Part shown: one piece after another, positions 28,327 to 38,216 of the stretch
Numbering within the stretch: the first letter of the stretch is position 1
How the letters are laid out: each line of letters starts with the position of its first letter
DNA from: an uncultured virus (IMG/VR IMGVR_UViG_3300036949_000060)
Lineage: Duplodnaviria; Heunggongvirae; Uroviricota; Caudoviricetes
Strand: one strand, 5' to 3'
DNA length: 64,000 nt
Virus record (IMG/VR): IMGVR_UViG_3300036949_000060
The notes under the pieces: generated by a model
What the model was told of the DNA's origin: nothing
The model's input: only the letters and a program-made list of their open reading frames with translations
The model's database searches: none
Position numbers and translations under genes: made by a program

Positions 28327-29385
28327 TTATACTGCGGTGTAGTGATAATCAATTACAATCACATCGGTAGCTGCGGGTGCAGTGGTGAATGTGATCTTGT
28401 TTGAACCGAAGGTATAGCCGCTGGTGATGATTACTCCGTTTACAGATACTACGGGGGTATCGGTAGCAGTCTGATCGAGAGTAAATACGGTGGTGGTTCC
28501 GTCGCCGTTCTCAACCTGAGTGGTGTGTACGGTTGCGCCGGTAAGAGCAAGCTGTACGATCTGAGTATCGTTGGTAAGAGCTACGATGTAATACTTTCTT
28601 GCAAACAGGTTGTTCCTTCTCTTGTTTGCCTCGTCCTTTGCTCTTGCTGCGATCTCAGTCTCAACACCGGTCTTGTTGAAGATGGTTACGGCCTTGTCCG
28701 TTCCGACGTAAATCATCTTCTCAGTTGCATTCTTCTTTACAAAGAGCGCAACTCCGGCCACGGTTCCGACATAGCCCTGAGCCCATGCAAGCTGAGGATC
28801 ATATACAATCTGAGCTGCCATGGCCTTACGTGCTGCGGCAAGGCTCTGAGCGTCCATGATAGCCCAAAGGGTGGGAATGGTTCTGCCCTGATACTCTCTT
28901 GCGGTCTCGTTGCCGTCTGCAAAGTCAATCATAGCAGCCGCGTCAACAAATGCGTTGAAGTTGGGTGCGGTTGCGACTACGGCGCGGGATGCCTTAGCCA
29001 TTTCGCCGTAGAGGTCAGCGTTTACGGTGTCAAAAAGGGATGCACCGAGACGTGCAACGCCGGTCTGAATGGCTACGGGATCTCTCATGTATGCTTCGTC
29101 GGAATAAGGGAACCATGCCTGAGCACACTGTACTCTGTACTCTCTCTCAATGAGAGTGGTTGAAATGTAGCCGCTGTTTCCCTGTCCTTCAGCTACCTTC
29201 TCAGCGTTTCCGGTCGCGCCGTACACGTTGATCTTGCGGATATCGCCCGCGGTTCCCTGAAGCTCGTTGTCAACGGTAGCAAAGCCGTTAAGGTCAAGGT
29301 GGGAAGCGTATACGTCTTCGATCTCGTTTGAGGCAAAGCCCTGATCGAGTGTTGCTACGCTCTGAAGTGATGCTGTCTGTGCCAT
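28327..29385 (-). CDS. Major capsid protein with C-terminal beta-sandwich domain
   Basis: TVDNEL.G.AGD...AEG, G.VAGV; follows the scaffold gene. Confidence 0.85.
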   Translation of the reverse strand: MAQTASLQSVATLDQGFASNEIEDVYASHLDLNGFATVDNELQGTAGDIRKINVYGATGNAEKVAEGQGNSGYISTTLIEREYRVQCAQAWFPYSDEAYMRDPVAIQTGVARLGASLFDTVNADLYGEMAKASRAVVATAPNFNAFVDAAAMIDFADGNETAREYQGRTIPTLWAIMDAQSLAAARKAMAAQIVYDPQLAWAQGYVGTVAGVALFVKKNATEKMIYVGTDKAVTIFNKTGVETEIAARAKDEANKRRNNLFARKYYIVALTNDTQIVQLALTGATVHTTQVENGDGTTTVFTLDQTATDTPVVSVNGVIITSGYTFGSNKITFTTAPAATDVIVIDYHYTAV

Positions 29386-29387
29386 AA

Positions 29388-29957
29388 TTATTTTCCTCCA
29401 TAAAGTTTGTTGTACTCGTCAGGAAAATCGTGAGCGAACTGTGCGCGCTCAGATATTGTCATTTTCCTGAGCTTGTCTAAGGTCATTTCGGGAGCTTTTC
29501 CGCCCTCGCCATCAGGTCTCGGTGTAGACTTAAGCAGCTCGGCCTTGAATGCCTTGTCATGCTCCACGATGAATGAATCCATAGCCTTGAAAAATGCCTC
29601 GCCATCCCCATTGGTGAAAGCCTCTGAACACTTACCGGCCGTTTCCTCATTCATTCCAACTTTTAAGAACGATGCTTTGCGCTCGGAAATGAGCTTTTCA
29701 CGATTGAGAGTTTCAATCTGCTCTTTGAGCTCTGTGATCTGCTTCTCGGTATCGGATGCACCCTCGCTGGCCTTTTCCTCAAGAGCTTTCAGCTTTCTCT
29801 TATATTCGGCTGCCTCTGAGTTGGCTTTGCTGGTTGCGTTCTTGTATCTCTCAAGTTCGGCTGAATTATCCTCCGGAACCTCAAGAGCCTCAAGAGCCTT
29901 TACCTTTTCCTCGGCTGACATTTCATCATAGCCTTCAATCTTGCTTGTATCTAACAT
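29388..29957 (-). CDS. Capsid scaffolding protein
   Basis: IEGY.EMSAEEK, coiled coil, TP.P.G...P.EY. Confidence 0.8.
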   Translation of the reverse strand: MLDTSKIEGYDEMSAEEKVKALEALEVPEDNSAELERYKNATSKANSEAAEYKRKLKALEEKASEGASDTEKQITELKEQIETLNREKLISERKASFLKVGMNEETAGKCSEAFTNGDGEAFFKAMDSFIVEHDKAFKAELLKSTPRPDGEGGKAPEMTLDKLRKMTISERAQFAHDFPDEYNKLYGGK

Positions 29958-29978
29958 ATAACCCTCCTTGCGTTTTTA

Positions 29979-30043
29979 GCGGTTCACTCCGCACTCTGAT
30001 TTACAAGGCTTTTCTGCCTTCGCGTTTATACGGTTCACTCCGT
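29979..30043 (-). promoter_or_regulatory. Three hexaloop hairpins in the scaffold gene 5' leader
   Basis: CGG-AGUGAA-CCG twice and AAGGC-AGAAAA-GCCUU once. Confidence 0.65.
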
Positions 30044-30200
30044 TTATCTATAAATATACACAATTTTCTGACAATTTCAATATTTTGGGGATAAATGGCA
30101 GAAAAAAGTGTTATTCACCTCCTCGGCACGGGCTGATGCCTAAGCATTTCGCCCGCACTTCTTCCCATATACGAGGAGGACGGGAAGCTAAATTGTCTGA

Positions 30201-30896
30201 CTATTTCTCATAAGGTACAATATTGCACCTACAATTATAGTGCAACGGGATAATTATTTTGTCAATTCGGTAAATTTTCCCGTCTCTTGCGCTACATGTC
30301 GGGCAAACTCTTTCGTCTTTCTCAGTTACCCACTTTACATACTCGACGCCCGCGGCCTCAAAACCCTCGATATAGGCCTCCATGGAAATATTATCTCCGG
30401 CTTGCTTAGCCTGACCGTTCCAATACCTCAGGGCTTTGTCAAGTTCCTTTTTCATTTCGGCTTTATTGCCTGATGTAAGGATGGCCTCTACCGCACGGGT
30501 CAATTTTCGCTCATATTCATTGTCAAATATGTATTTCACGATGATATTATCGGTTTTTACATAGTCCTCAACGAATTTCTCGGCATCAAAAGTCTTTTCT
30601 TTGCGGAATCCGTCTTTCTTGCCAACGTAATATGTGATCTTATTGCCTTTTTTTTGCACGATTTTGTCACATGAATCCTCAAAATAGTGCAGAGCAAACA
30701 ATATCAGTATATCTATGAGCTCGTCATAGCACTTTTTATACACTTTTTTAACACGTTCATTGACAGCTTTATAGGCTTTTCCGGCGTTGAGCTCGTCAAA
30801 GGCCAAGGCCTGTAACTCTCTATTGAGAGAATTAAAGGCCCTGACTATGAGGAGGGAATATTTCTTGTAGAGTTTATCCGCGTAATCGTATGTCAT
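30201..30896 (-). CDS. Minor head protein (Mu gpF / SPP1 gp7-like)
   Basis: W....DERVC..C..RDG...PLHYNCRC. Confidence 0.85.
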   Translation of the reverse strand: MTYDYADKLYKKYSLLIVRAFNSLNRELQALAFDELNAGKAYKAVNERVKKVYKKCYDELIDILILFALHYFEDSCDKIVQKKGNKITYYVGKKDGFRKEKTFDAEKFVEDYVKTDNIIVKYIFDNEYERKLTRAVEAILTSGNKAEMKKELDKALRYWNGQAKQAGDNISMEAYIEGFEAAGVEYVKWVTEKDERVCPTCSARDGKIYRIDKIIIPLHYNCRCNIVPYEK

Positions 30897-32299
30897 ACTT
30901 CCTCTGAATCATCGGGAATGTCTGAACCATTATCGGTAGTCATAAGGCTCTGAGCCTGTTTTGCCTCATTTTCGTCGTGCCACTTCTTAGCCTCAAGGAA
31001 TGCAGCGTCAGGATCAGGGAACATGTCGGAATGCTCGAATGCCTGTTGAGGCGCAATCCAATCGTTTGACAGCATGGTGACAAGATTTGAAACCTTAGCC
31101 GAATCGTTGGTGTAATTCCTACGGGGGAATCTGATACCGACCTGAGGAAGCATGATATTTGTGCCTCCAATGGTGTTCGATATCAGAATAATCATATTGA
31201 GGAACTTTCTTTCAGACTTTTTAAAATAATTCTCGGTGATCTTCGCTCTTGCCTCGGCATCCGCCCAGCCGTCACGCAGAATTACTGCGCTACCGGTATC
31301 ACTTGTGGAGGATCCTCCGTTACGGTTAGGCATTCCGCAGATATAGAGGACCGCATTGTAAAGATCGTCTTTAAGAGTCTGAGTGTCGCCCTGATTAAGT
31401 TGCTGAGTGAGGTAATAAGCCTTAGAGCCTTCAGGAAGCATAAGGCCGCCAACCTCTTTGAGCCTTGTCATAAAGCCGGCCTCGTCGTCGTCAAGTTGCA
31501 TGTTCTCAAGGCAAAGAATAGCCTGAATGAACTGCTCAACACCGTCGGCTCTATTGCTCTGCATGTTGTTGATCGCATCCAAAAGGGGAATAACGATCTC
31601 AAAATCACCGAGACGGGCCTTGTTAGCCGGATATTCGATGATAGGGACCATGCCTAACGCATGTGACTGCCTTTCCTGAATGGCATCATCGGATATGATA
31701 AAGAACTCGGACTGAGTGTATACATAGTATACAGACTTATCTTCGTCGGCCAGCTGGAAGAAGGTAACGCCCATCATAGGCTTATGTCCGAGTTTTGACG
31801 AATAGACCACAAATGTCGTCTGCGGATCAAGGGTGAATATTTCAAAGGGGCTGTCCGAATCATCGAGCCTTTCCTGTTTGGGTAATACCATCCTGAATCC
31901 GGTTCCGCATATCGACAACCATTCCGCAAGGTCAAGGTCAGCACTCTCTTTTGACTCAAGATCGGCCCATCCGTTAATGAGCTTTAAATCGTCAGTGACT
32001 TCATCCTCGCCCATGTCAATATACTGGATAGGAGCCGACAAAAAGTAGCCCGTCTTGAATGCAACGATCTCATTTGCTCTGTTCTCGACTATCTTGTTAT
32101 TGATAGTGTCATTAAACGTCTTTTGACGGTCTAAAATGGGCTGTTTGCCCTTGTAATAGTCATAAAGGTACTTGATATCGCTTACGTTGCTTTGGTTGCT
32201 GTCATTGGCCGATTTAAGCACTTCTACGACGTTCTCAGCAGTAACCTCTTCAACGTCGGTATAGATTACCGTTCTGCCGGTAAGCTGCTTTGACTCCAT
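30893..32299 (-). CDS. Portal protein, SPP1 gp6-like
   Basis: YY.GKQ.I...NKIV.N...F.TGY, VPIIEY.N...GDFE.V..L.DA. Confidence 0.9.
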   Translation of the reverse strand: MESKQLTGRTVIYTDVEEVTAENVVEVLKSANDSNQSNVSDIKYLYDYYKGKQPILDRQKTFNDTINNKIVENRANEIVAFKTGYFLSAPIQYIDMGEDEVTDDLKLINGWADLESKESADLDLAEWLSICGTGFRMVLPKQERLDDSDSPFEIFTLDPQTTFVVYSSKLGHKPMMGVTFFQLADEDKSVYYVYTQSEFFIISDDAIQERQSHALGMVPIIEYPANKARLGDFEIVIPLLDAINNMQSNRADGVEQFIQAILCLENMQLDDDEAGFMTRLKEVGGLMLPEGSKAYYLTQQLNQGDTQTLKDDLYNAVLYICGMPNRNGGSSTSDTGSAVILRDGWADAEARAKITENYFKKSERKFLNMIILISNTIGGTNIMLPQVGIRFPRRNYTNDSAKVSNLVTMLSNDWIAPQQAFEHSDMFPDPDAAFLEAKKWHDENEAKQAQSLMTTDNGSDIPDDSEEV

Positions 32300-32646
32300 T
32301 ATCTCATTCCTCTTTTGGTGGTAGTTCTCTTAACGGGTGTCTTTTCAACGGGCTTGACTGCCTTTTTGGGCTTTTTAAGGACTTCCTTGACAGCCTCAAC
32401 GTCCTCAACAAATGACTTTGCAACCTCTTCATCGGTTACAATGGGCTTGATCTCCTCTTTGGGCGCTGCCTCGTCCTTAATTACCGCTTTTGTCACTTTT
32501 TCGCTTGTGACTTCGCCGGCATTCCACTTGGTTACGGTCTCATTAAGGGCTCCGCCGGTTGCCATTCTGCCACATTTAGGGCATTTCAGCATAGTATTAG
32601 TGATCTCAGGGGTAATACGACAGTTGGGGCATACAGTTACTTTCAT
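32299..32646 (-). CDS. Zn-ribbon (Lar-like) protein with Lys-rich tail
   Basis: CPNC...CPKCG...KWN. Confidence 0.65.
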   Translation of the reverse strand: MKVTVCPNCRITPEITNTMLKCPKCGRMATGGALNETVTKWNAGEVTSEKVTKAVIKDEAAPKEEIKPIVTDEEVAKSFVEDVEAVKEVLKKPKKAVKPVEKTPVKRTTTKRGMR

Positions 32647-32656
32647 TTGAACCTCC

Positions 32657-34297
32657 TTATATGAATCTTTTGAAAGTTGCGGCGGTCATTACAGGCTTAA
32701 ATGCCATGTCAGCCGCCATCGCTAATGAATCGGGTGCGTCGTCGTGCTTATTTTTGCCGGAAATGGTAAATGTAAACACGTTATCCATAAACGCCTGATA
32801 CTCTTTATCCCTCTTGTCAGACGTTAAGAATACAAAATGTTCCCTGATATCAGGGGCTTTGTCAAAAACTCTCTGCTCTTTTGATACATGAGTCGGAGCT
32901 GCCTTGGTGGTTACGGTGCATTTTATGCCTTTTTCCTTTAGGAGTCGGCTAAGTTCGTCCGCAAAACCCTCGGTCATTTTATTTGCCTCTATCCTAATGC
33001 GGGAAACGGCAAATTTTGATATCTTTTCCGCAATTTTTGGTATAGAAGTCTTTTTGTCGTCGTTTGTATACACAAGGGAGGGCACATAAACATAATCCTC
33101 TACCTGTATGCACACAGGAGCCGCCACATAGTCGCCGCCGCCCCACGCGGGATCACAGGCCATGAACACTGAAGCATACCCGTCAGGGATTGTGCCATCA
33201 AAATACATCAGGTCGCCGGAAGCAAACAGTGAACCTTCGCGCTCATAAGGTACGCCCATATACTGAGCAGACCATGATGCAAGGTCGTCGTTCCTCTCAA
33301 ACCCCGCTTTTATCTGCTGATAAGCCTCGGTGTCGAATCCGACGTTGTATTTATAGTCAAAATTTGACTCTCCATTCTCGTCAAGGGCCGGAAGATTAAT
33401 TACCTCATAGGGAATTGTCTTTAATTCCTCTAAAATCGAGATCCTAACGCCGATAGGGTCATTTATCGACCATCTTGTACCGTTCCACAGCTTTTTTGAG
33501 CCTTTTTTGCAGCGGGATAAGAGGTCGTTCGATACTTTCATCCACAATGAGGCCATTCGGTCTTTTGAAAGAGCCTCCTCAATGCCGGAACAGAGGTCGT
33601 CGGCTATCATTACGCCCGTACAGTCACAGGCGCCGTTCAATGTACCGTCAATCGAGCGACAAGTGATCGTGGGATATCTTTTCTTCTTACGAACGTCCAC
33701 GGTCTGATACTGAGCATTGACTTTTACAATGGATTCCCCGAAGCAATCTTCCCAATGATAGGTTATGTCGTCTTTCATCAGCTCTAAGAGGCCGTTATAG
33801 AAAGATTTAGTGATTGTGTCGGAGAAAGCCGAGTACAAATTCGACTTTTGAGGATGTTTAGCCGCCAGCCATGTCGCATAAAACAGCAGCAAGGTAGTTT
33901 TTCCGGTTCGGGGTGGCTGAGACAAGAACAATTCCTGAATAACCCCATCCTCAAGTCTTTGCATAGCATCAACCGCGGGCTTTAAAGTCTTTCTACGGGG
34001 TGAATAGAACCTCTCCTCAGCCGGTCTATCAATCTCCATGTAGAATAAATACTGCTCAAAGAACCTTTTTGCCCCGTATTTAAGAGATTTACAATAGAGT
34101 TCGTACCAATCATTTATCTCTTTCTCAGGACAGTCCTTCATACATGACTTAATGACTTTTTGGACCTCAAGATTCCATATATGGAGGTCGTCCCTATCCG
34201 TCTCGCCCAAACAAGAGAAGAAATCATAGCATTTTTCAGTCGAAGGATCCTTCAGTATGGAATTATATATATTCTCGACTAATGACTTCTCAATCAT
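32657..34297 (-). CDS. terL: Terminase large subunit
   Basis: QPPRTGKT Walker A, IADD Walker B, GTRW, DPAWGG.DY and HDDAPD nuclease motifs. Confidence 0.92.
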   Translation of the reverse strand: MIEKSLVENIYNSILKDPSTEKCYDFFSCLGETDRDDLHIWNLEVQKVIKSCMKDCPEKEINDWYELYCKSLKYGAKRFFEQYLFYMEIDRPAEERFYSPRRKTLKPAVDAMQRLEDGVIQELFLSQPPRTGKTTLLLFYATWLAAKHPQKSNLYSAFSDTITKSFYNGLLELMKDDITYHWEDCFGESIVKVNAQYQTVDVRKKKRYPTITCRSIDGTLNGACDCTGVMIADDLCSGIEEALSKDRMASLWMKVSNDLLSRCKKGSKKLWNGTRWSINDPIGVRISILEELKTIPYEVINLPALDENGESNFDYKYNVGFDTEAYQQIKAGFERNDDLASWSAQYMGVPYEREGSLFASGDLMYFDGTIPDGYASVFMACDPAWGGGDYVAAPVCIQVEDYVYVPSLVYTNDDKKTSIPKIAEKISKFAVSRIRIEANKMTEGFADELSRLLKEKGIKCTVTTKAAPTHVSKEQRVFDKAPDIREHFVFLTSDKRDKEYQAFMDNVFTFTISGKNKHDDAPDSLAMAADMAFKPVMTAATFKRFI

Positions 34298-34820
34298 CGT
34301 CTACCACCGCCCTGTATTTAGCCTCAAGGGACTTCTTTTCGGTCTCGATATGGCCTTTAAAGGAAATCTCGGACTGGTCTTTATAGCCAAAGTGGTTTTT
34401 CAACAGGAATATCGACGCCACGGGGTTAATCTTCTGATCCATCATCATCGAAATCATGGTAGCCTCGATCATCGAGATACCTTTTCTTAAAGCCCCTCTC
34501 GTCTCGTCAGGAAGCCTCTTATCATTTATCCACTCGGAAAGCCCCTCGGGAGTTGTCCCCAAACAAAGAGCATACCCCGTCAGGTTAGGCCTCACCGCAT
34601 CCATGGAACACTGTTTAACGTACTCAAGCGTCCTTTTCCCGACATTCTCACGATCAAGGGTCACAATAGGCATAGAGGCCAGCGCCAAGGTATGATTAAT
34701 ATACTGGTCGTTGTCCTTCTGAACGTCCGCTATCTCATTGTGCTCATTCATTCCCATAAACTTACCTCTGTTATCTTTATACAATGACTTTTCTGATAAT
34801 TCAAGCATTTGTATATACAA
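34290..34820 (-). CDS. terS: Terminase small subunit
   Basis: P.LTG.AL.LG HTH; IFLLKNHFGYKD; adjacent to terL. Confidence 0.8.
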   Translation of the reverse strand: MYIQMLELSEKSLYKDNRGKFMGMNEHNEIADVQKDNDQYINHTLALASMPIVTLDRENVGKRTLEYVKQCSMDAVRPNLTGYALCLGTTPEGLSEWINDKRLPDETRGALRKGISMIEATMISMMMDQKINPVASIFLLKNHFGYKDQSEISFKGHIETEKKSLEAKYRAVVDDD

Positions 34821-35278
34821 TATCGCCGCAAGGCGAAGAAATTTTCCGGAATTTTGTCCCTATTTCATTTCAGCAACATGTTACGCCCTTTTATCCTCAG
34901 ATTTTGCTATTTTGGGAAATCGGCTGAATCTCAGTAGCTACAAGGGTTACAAGAAATTCGGTCTGAAATAAATTCGCGTCGACGCGGGTATCAGCTCGGG
35001 AATTTTTGATACCAAACCTCGAAAAATAGCAAAAAATGATTATATATATGCCTGAAATCGCGCCCTTTATAATTTGCCTCAGAATCGCCTTTCATTCCCT
35101 CAGTGGTATTTCTGTTCTACATACGCCGTAGGCGTCCGATTTGGGCCGAAATTGACGCACACAGAGGGGTTTAAATCAGCAACATGTTCCCTCGGTGTGT
35201 CGTGGGGGAATCGAACGAGACGAGAGGAGGGGCTTTTTTAGGAAAAATTTGGTCGGAGGGCCACTCCCCGCCGCACCC

Positions 35279-35292
35279 CGAACATGTGTTCC
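35279..35292. promoter_or_regulatory. LexA (Cheo/DinR) box
   Basis: CGAACATGTGTTCC fits CGAACRNRYGTTYC exactly. Confidence 0.6.
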
Positions 35293-35519
35293 CCCTTGCC
35301 CCCGCCGGCAGCAAACCGGACCCCCGCAGCAGATCGCCCGCAGAAAACGCCCGCAATAGATCGTTGACATAGATCACAGGCAGCCCCGCTCAAATATTCA
35401 CTTAACCAAACGACGCACGCCCGCAATAATACGCCGTTGTCAATGACTAAACAAGGAACCGCACGCCCGCAGCAGATCGCCGGCAGCAGATCACGCCCAC
35501 GGAAAAGCGCACAAAAACC

Positions 35520-35533
35520 CGAACAAATGTTTG
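35520..35533. promoter_or_regulatory. LexA-type box
   Basis: CGAACAAATGTTTG, upstream of the rightward promoter. Confidence 0.55.
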
Positions 35534-35808
35534 TGTAAAGGTGCACAAAAAGATCCTTTTAATTTGTTGCGTAAAATACTAATTAATACTTGTATTTATC
35601 CGATAAATATATTAGAATAAAACCATAGAAAACAAGCCACTTTCAAAGGCTTGCAATCTTAGAACCCGCAGCGGGCGCCGCTTTCATAGGACCCACGGAC
35701 CGAAAAAGGGAACCGGAAAAAGGAACCGCAGCAAAACAATATAAGCTGGTATAAGGTATAAAGACATAATCTTGTACGGCTTAACCGCAAAAAGAGAGGT
35801 GAAAGCAC

Positions 35809-35946
35809 ATGAGTATCATTATTTACAAGGGTTATGAGATCGACACAACAACATATAATTGTATATCGGTATTTGTTGCCGGTGATGATTATGTTTTCAG
35901 CAGTATTGACGACGCTAAGCATTTTATTGACGGCTTAACCGAATAA
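35809..35946 (+). CDS. 45-aa hypothetical protein (below the ORF-track cutoff)
   Basis: RBS GAGGTG; MSIIIYKGYEID...AKHFIDGLTE. Confidence 0.65.
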   Translation: MSIIIYKGYEIDTTTYNCISVFVAGDDYVFSSIDDAKHFIDGLTE

Positions 35947-35965
35947 TAAAAGGGGGGTTTGTATA

Positions 35966-36172
35966 ATGGCAATAGCAAAAAATTATAAATCAATTGTACT
36001 TGATATAATACAGGCCGAAAACGTTGACCGGCTTAATAAGATCATAGCAACAATTGACAAGTCGTATGAGGCCGGCAAAATCAACTGGCGAGATCACGAG
36101 ACATTATTGGACTTAATTGCAAAATGCAGCGGCGGCGCATTATATCGGCCCTACGTCGATATTATCAAATAA
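35966..36172 (+). CDS. Small hypothetical protein
   Basis: RBS AGGGGG; operon position. Confidence 0.6.
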   Translation: MAIAKNYKSIVLDIIQAENVDRLNKIIATIDKSYEAGKINWRDHETLLDLIAKCSGGALYRPYVDIIK

Positions 36173-36458
36173 TAAAAAGGGGGTGAAAAATATGTATAAA
36201 GTTGTTATCAGATCGGCCGACGGTCAAAGGGACTATAACGGCAAGTTATACGCCGACACTGCCGCAGCTATACCGGCAGCAGCGGAAGCACTCAAAATGT
36301 TTGATAGGGTTTATATAATACCGGCTAAAAAGGGCGATTATATAATACATGTTACAACTTAAGGATAAAAACGGCTTTTCTGCCGGTCCTGTTTTCTTTT
36401 CTCTTTTCTGAGATCATACCCAAACAATATATAATATTTAATTTATAGGAGGCTATAT

Positions 36459-38159
36459 ATGAATATTCTTTCAATCTGTAAAAAAATATCGGCTTTATGC
36501 AAAAAGGCAGCGCGCGTTATATATGACTATGAAGCTGGAGAAGGCGCTTTATCTGACGATTTTATTTATATTTCCGAGGAGCACACGGTTTATAAAATCC
36601 CCGCTTCCGTTGACGTTTGCGCGGTTTTTGATAAACTTTTCGAAGCCCGCAGTGCGGCCGGTTGTCATGGTATGGACATAATGAACGAAGGAACCGCTAA
36701 AAAATGTTATGAATCCCAGTATAAAGAAGGCGCCCGTATCCGCTTTACTGTTTCCGAGAAAATAACCGCGGAAGTTTTGACCGTGGGAGGGTCCTTAAAA
36801 GCTGGATGGCGTTTTCTGGATGATCCCGACTCCGGCGCCTTCCGTGCGGTAAACACTAAGTTTTTGGACGTTTTCACGGGTTTTGAATATATAGCAACGG
36901 CCGACGACAAAAGAAGTAATTATCCGTTTTTTGTGTCGGTTCCCGATGAAAATATAACGGCTTTAATCCTTCCGTTTTCTATGGACCGTAGCACGGCCGA
37001 AGCCGCTATTAAAAAAGCCGCCGAAAAAGCCGAAGCCGACGCCGAGAAAATAAAAGGCGTATATTTTGACGGCGGTATATATAGCGCATTTATAGCGGAC
37101 GGAAGAAAAGACCGCCGGACGGCTGAAAAAATCATCCGTTACTTAGCAAGTGCACACGGCTGGACCGAAGAAACAACCGCGGAAGCTTTAAACAATCCCG
37201 CTATGATTGACTCCATGAAGGAAAAGCTTATAAACGTAACCGCAGAAGAGAAGACCCGCGAAAACGGCGAAAAATATTTTATATTCTATGACAAAAAGAC
37301 CTTCTTCAGATCCGAAGCTGCCGAGTATACAAAAATTGACGGTGTTTTATATACCTTTTATTTAGGCAAGGACCGCGACGCGATGAAGGCAGCAGATCAG
37401 GCAGCAGAAGAACCCGCTCCGGCCGTGGAAACGGTCAAAACGGAACCGGCACCCGCTGAAGCTGCCGAGGATATCACAACAGAACCCGCCGAGGATATAC
37501 CCGCGGACGCAATACAGGAGCCCACAACGGGACCGGCCGAAGCTGCCGATGATCCCGCGGATCAGGAACCGAGCGCGACGCCGGAAGCGCTCAATATTGA
37601 GGATATCACGCCGGAGAACTATACCGAGTTTTTATATTCTCTTTTTGGAAAAGACAACCACAACGCAAGTATTATCATGCTAGCGGGTTTTGAAGCTGGT
37701 ATTTATAAATACCCCGACTTAATGAACTATCTAAGCGACGGCACGACTCCAAACTATCACACCTTCGATCATTGGAAAAACGCCGGCTATATGGTCAAAA
37801 AGGGTGAAAAAGCCGCCTTCTCCGCGGATATATGGAAATATACCGAAAAGCACGGAACTATGACCGCAGAAGAAGCCGCCGCTATAAATGCGGTTATGAT
37901 AGACCCCGAAAAAGGGCCCGCGAAGGAGGGAGATCAGACAACCACATCAAAATATATATTAAAAAAATCGTTCTTTTTTGGTCCGGCTCAGGTCGAAAAG
38001 ATCGAAAAAAAGCCCTTCACAGCGCCGGAGGGCTGCGAGCTCAAAACCGAGAACGGGCGCGAGATTTTAACCGGCGACACAAAGCCACACAAAGACGCCA
38101 TAAAAAACGCCGGCTTTTATTGGCACAAAACAAATAATTATTGGTATAGAACCGCCTAA
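36459..38159 (+). CDS. Multidomain protein with an ArdC-like ssDNA-binding domain
   Basis: HTFDHWK.AGY.VKKGEKA...IWK...FF...QVE; acidic E/P/A linker; C-terminal GDTKPHKD.IK..GF.W domain. Confidence 0.7.
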   Translation: MNILSICKKISALCKKAARVIYDYEAGEGALSDDFIYISEEHTVYKIPASVDVCAVFDKLFEARSAAGCHGMDIMNEGTAKKCYESQYKEGARIRFTVSEKITAEVLTVGGSLKAGWRFLDDPDSGAFRAVNTKFLDVFTGFEYIATADDKRSNYPFFVSVPDENITALILPFSMDRSTAEAAIKKAAEKAEADAEKIKGVYFDGGIYSAFIADGRKDRRTAEKIIRYLASAHGWTEETTAEALNNPAMIDSMKEKLINVTAEEKTRENGEKYFIFYDKKTFFRSEAAEYTKIDGVLYTFYLGKDRDAMKAADQAAEEPAPAVETVKTEPAPAEAAEDITTEPAEDIPADAIQEPTTGPAEAADDPADQEPSATPEALNIEDITPENYTEFLYSLFGKDNHNASIIMLAGFEAGIYKYPDLMNYLSDGTTPNYHTFDHWKNAGYMVKKGEKAAFSADIWKYTEKHGTMTAEEAAAINAVMIDPEKGPAKEGDQTTTSKYILKKSFFFGPAQVEKIEKKPFTAPEGCELKTENGREILTGDTKPHKDAIKNAGFYWHKTNNYWYRTA

Positions 38160-38216
38160 ACGGGGCGCGGCTGCTGGGAGCCGTTAATCCCAGCACTAAC
38201 AAAAGGAGGTTAAAAT

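Larger units (their letters stand above)
35260..35560. repeat. Repeat-rich non-coding tract, candidate pac region
   Basis: CCCGCAGCAGATCGCC twice, ACGCCCGCAATA twice, six AGATC sites; upstream of terS. Confidence 0.6.

Noticed and set aside
30125..30160. Hammerhead ribozyme (CTGATG core)
   Set aside because: Lacks the full CUGANGA and a correctly placed GAAA on the same strand
34920..34960. Possible attP or recombinase site upstream of terS
   Set aside because: Only a vague resemblance, with no second copy or core duplication found
35260..35560. Possible mini-CRISPR array
   Set aside because: Repeats are 16 bp or shorter, irregularly spaced and degenerate; no cas genes
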